Shown here one piece after another: positions 34,268 through 35,948 of a stretch of 35,948 bases of DNA. The position numbers and the translations under genes are program-made. Source of the DNA: Octopus bimaculoides (taxonomy: Eukaryota); NCBI RefSeq assembly GCF_001194135.2, contig NC_068987.1:35195245-35231192 (forward strand), read 5' to 3'. The notes beneath the pieces were generated by a model, which saw nothing but the letters and a program-made list of their open reading frames with translations, had not been told where the DNA came from and did no database searches. How positions within the stretch are numbered: position 1 is the stretch's first letter; the number at the start of each line of letters is the position of its first letter.

Positions 34268-35204
34268 AGTCTGTCTGTATGTCTGTCTGTCTCTATATGT
34301 CTGTCTATCTGTATATGTCTCTGTCTCTCTGTTTGCCTGTATGTATGTATTTATGTTTGTATGTACATAATTACGTATACATATACACACTGTCACCCAT
34401 ACACGTTCATTTATGCATTTATAACCCAAAATTACTTACACCCGTACTTACATACACATTCATATTCATGTACACACGCACACACACAGATATATATATA
34501 TATATATANNNNNNNNNNNNNNNNNNNNNNNNNNNNNNNNNNNNNNNNNNNNNNNNNNNNNNNNNNNNNNNNNNNNNNNNNNNNNNNNNNNNNNNNNNNN
34601 NNNNNNNNNNNNNNNNNNNNNNNNNNNNNNNNNNNNNNNNNNNNNNNNNNNNNNNNNNNNNNNNNNNNNNNNNNNNNNNNNNNNNNNNNNNNNNNNNNNN
34701 NNNNNNNNNNNNNNNNNNNNNNNNNNNNNNNNNNNNNNNNNNNNNNNTATATACAGACAGACATACTTTTGCCGATTTTTCTCACTTTATAGCTTTAGAT
34801 TAAATCAACATTTTTAAGTGCCACGCATTCCTTAAATACTTATACACATTCTCTTGTTTCACACTAATATGTATATATCTGTATATCCCTAGATATATCT
34901 ATCAAAATATATCCTCATTATTTTTTTTTTTTTGTTCTGAACCATGTGAATATCTCCATGTTACTCTACCAATCGTTTTCTACTGTTGGCATAATACATC
35001 CGTGAGGGTAAATATGTCCATTCTATAGTCACTTTCCCCTCCCTTCAACTACTGCACCCAACAAATCAGTTATTATGGGATTATACAATTAAGGTAGGCA
35101 GTGATATAAATGATATAACTTAAGAATACCAGTAATGATACTGAAACTCTAATAGCATTTACGAGGAAATAACGTATCGATGTAAATAAATGATTATAGA
35201 TACA

Positions 35205-35611
35205 AATTATTGCAATTATGGCATAATTAATAGGAAGATGATTCCCAAATTTGAATTTATTTTTGTGTAAATAAAGTATTGATATAACATTAAATATTAT
35301 ATATTTATGTTAGATCCCAGTAATGAGCGTTTAAGCCTTTGGTTACCTGTTAAATTAATCTCTGAGATTTTATCAATTACTCTGTCATTACAATATATTA
35401 TTTCATACGTCGCTTTTAGCCAGAGATATGATTTTGAGTAAGTAGTATATGGTTTTGCATTCCGTAGTACCGTTCAAGTAGTGATGTAATTATTACAATT
35501 ATCACATATTTCAGGAAAACATCAAAGTAGTCTTGCCATTATAAATGCTTCCTAAATTTAAAGTTTATTTTTGTGTAAATAAAGGATTGATATAACATTG
35601 AATATTATATA
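35205..35611 (+). repeat. Local direct duplication with ~300-bp spacing
   Basis: 35242-35303 vs 35549-35611 share TTCC.AAATTT.AA.TTATTTTTGTGTAAATAAAG.ATTGATATAACATT.AATATTATATA. 35205-35225 matches 35488-35508. Confidence 0.85.
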
Positions 35612-35948
35612 CTCTTTCAAAATATACGGTCTGCGATTGATATACACTGTCTCATGCAGGTGTTCGAAAATGAATGAAGCCTTGTTCCTCCAACAGTTTT
35701 TAGAGTGTTACTAGTTGTATGTATGCAAGTATATATATGCGTATTGGCTTTAAACTACATATACGTATATACTGTTTCTACATAAACATTCATTCGGGCA
35801 CGTTCATACATTCTTATCTTTAGTATTGTTTTCTTGTTAACGTTATTTGCAACCATGTTCCCCTTTGTCTCATATACATGCATACACGCACACATATATA
35901 CATGCATACACACACGCATACACATATATATATGTGTATATATATATA

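Noticed and set aside
4457-34803. All long ORFs containing X runs
   Set aside because: They are open only because they span N gaps.

Overview
AT-rich, microsatellite-dense, gap-ridden animal genomic DNA with about 12 N-runs, most flanked by (TA)n. The SINE types and repeat landscape look like Octopus (coleoid cephalopod); this is an inference from remembered repeat sequences, not from a search. No intact host protein-coding gene can be supported, and nearly all ORFs in the track are microsatellite or N-gap artefacts. Supported content: a decayed mariner (DD34D) transposon, a decayed R4/Dong-like non-LTR retrotransposon fragment, a probable Penelope-like GIY-YIG relic, seven tRNA-derived SINE copies or fragments, and several foldback/MITE-like elements. 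The most notable signal is RNA structure the ORF track misses: minimal type I hammerhead ribozyme motifs. One (9475-9519, minus strand) has all conserved core residues but an atypical stem II junction, and lies just upstream of, and antisense to, the R4/Dong-like ORF. An outward-facing pair sits inside a 408-bp palindrome (19711-20118). A few candidate exons and regulatory clusters are listed at low confidence.
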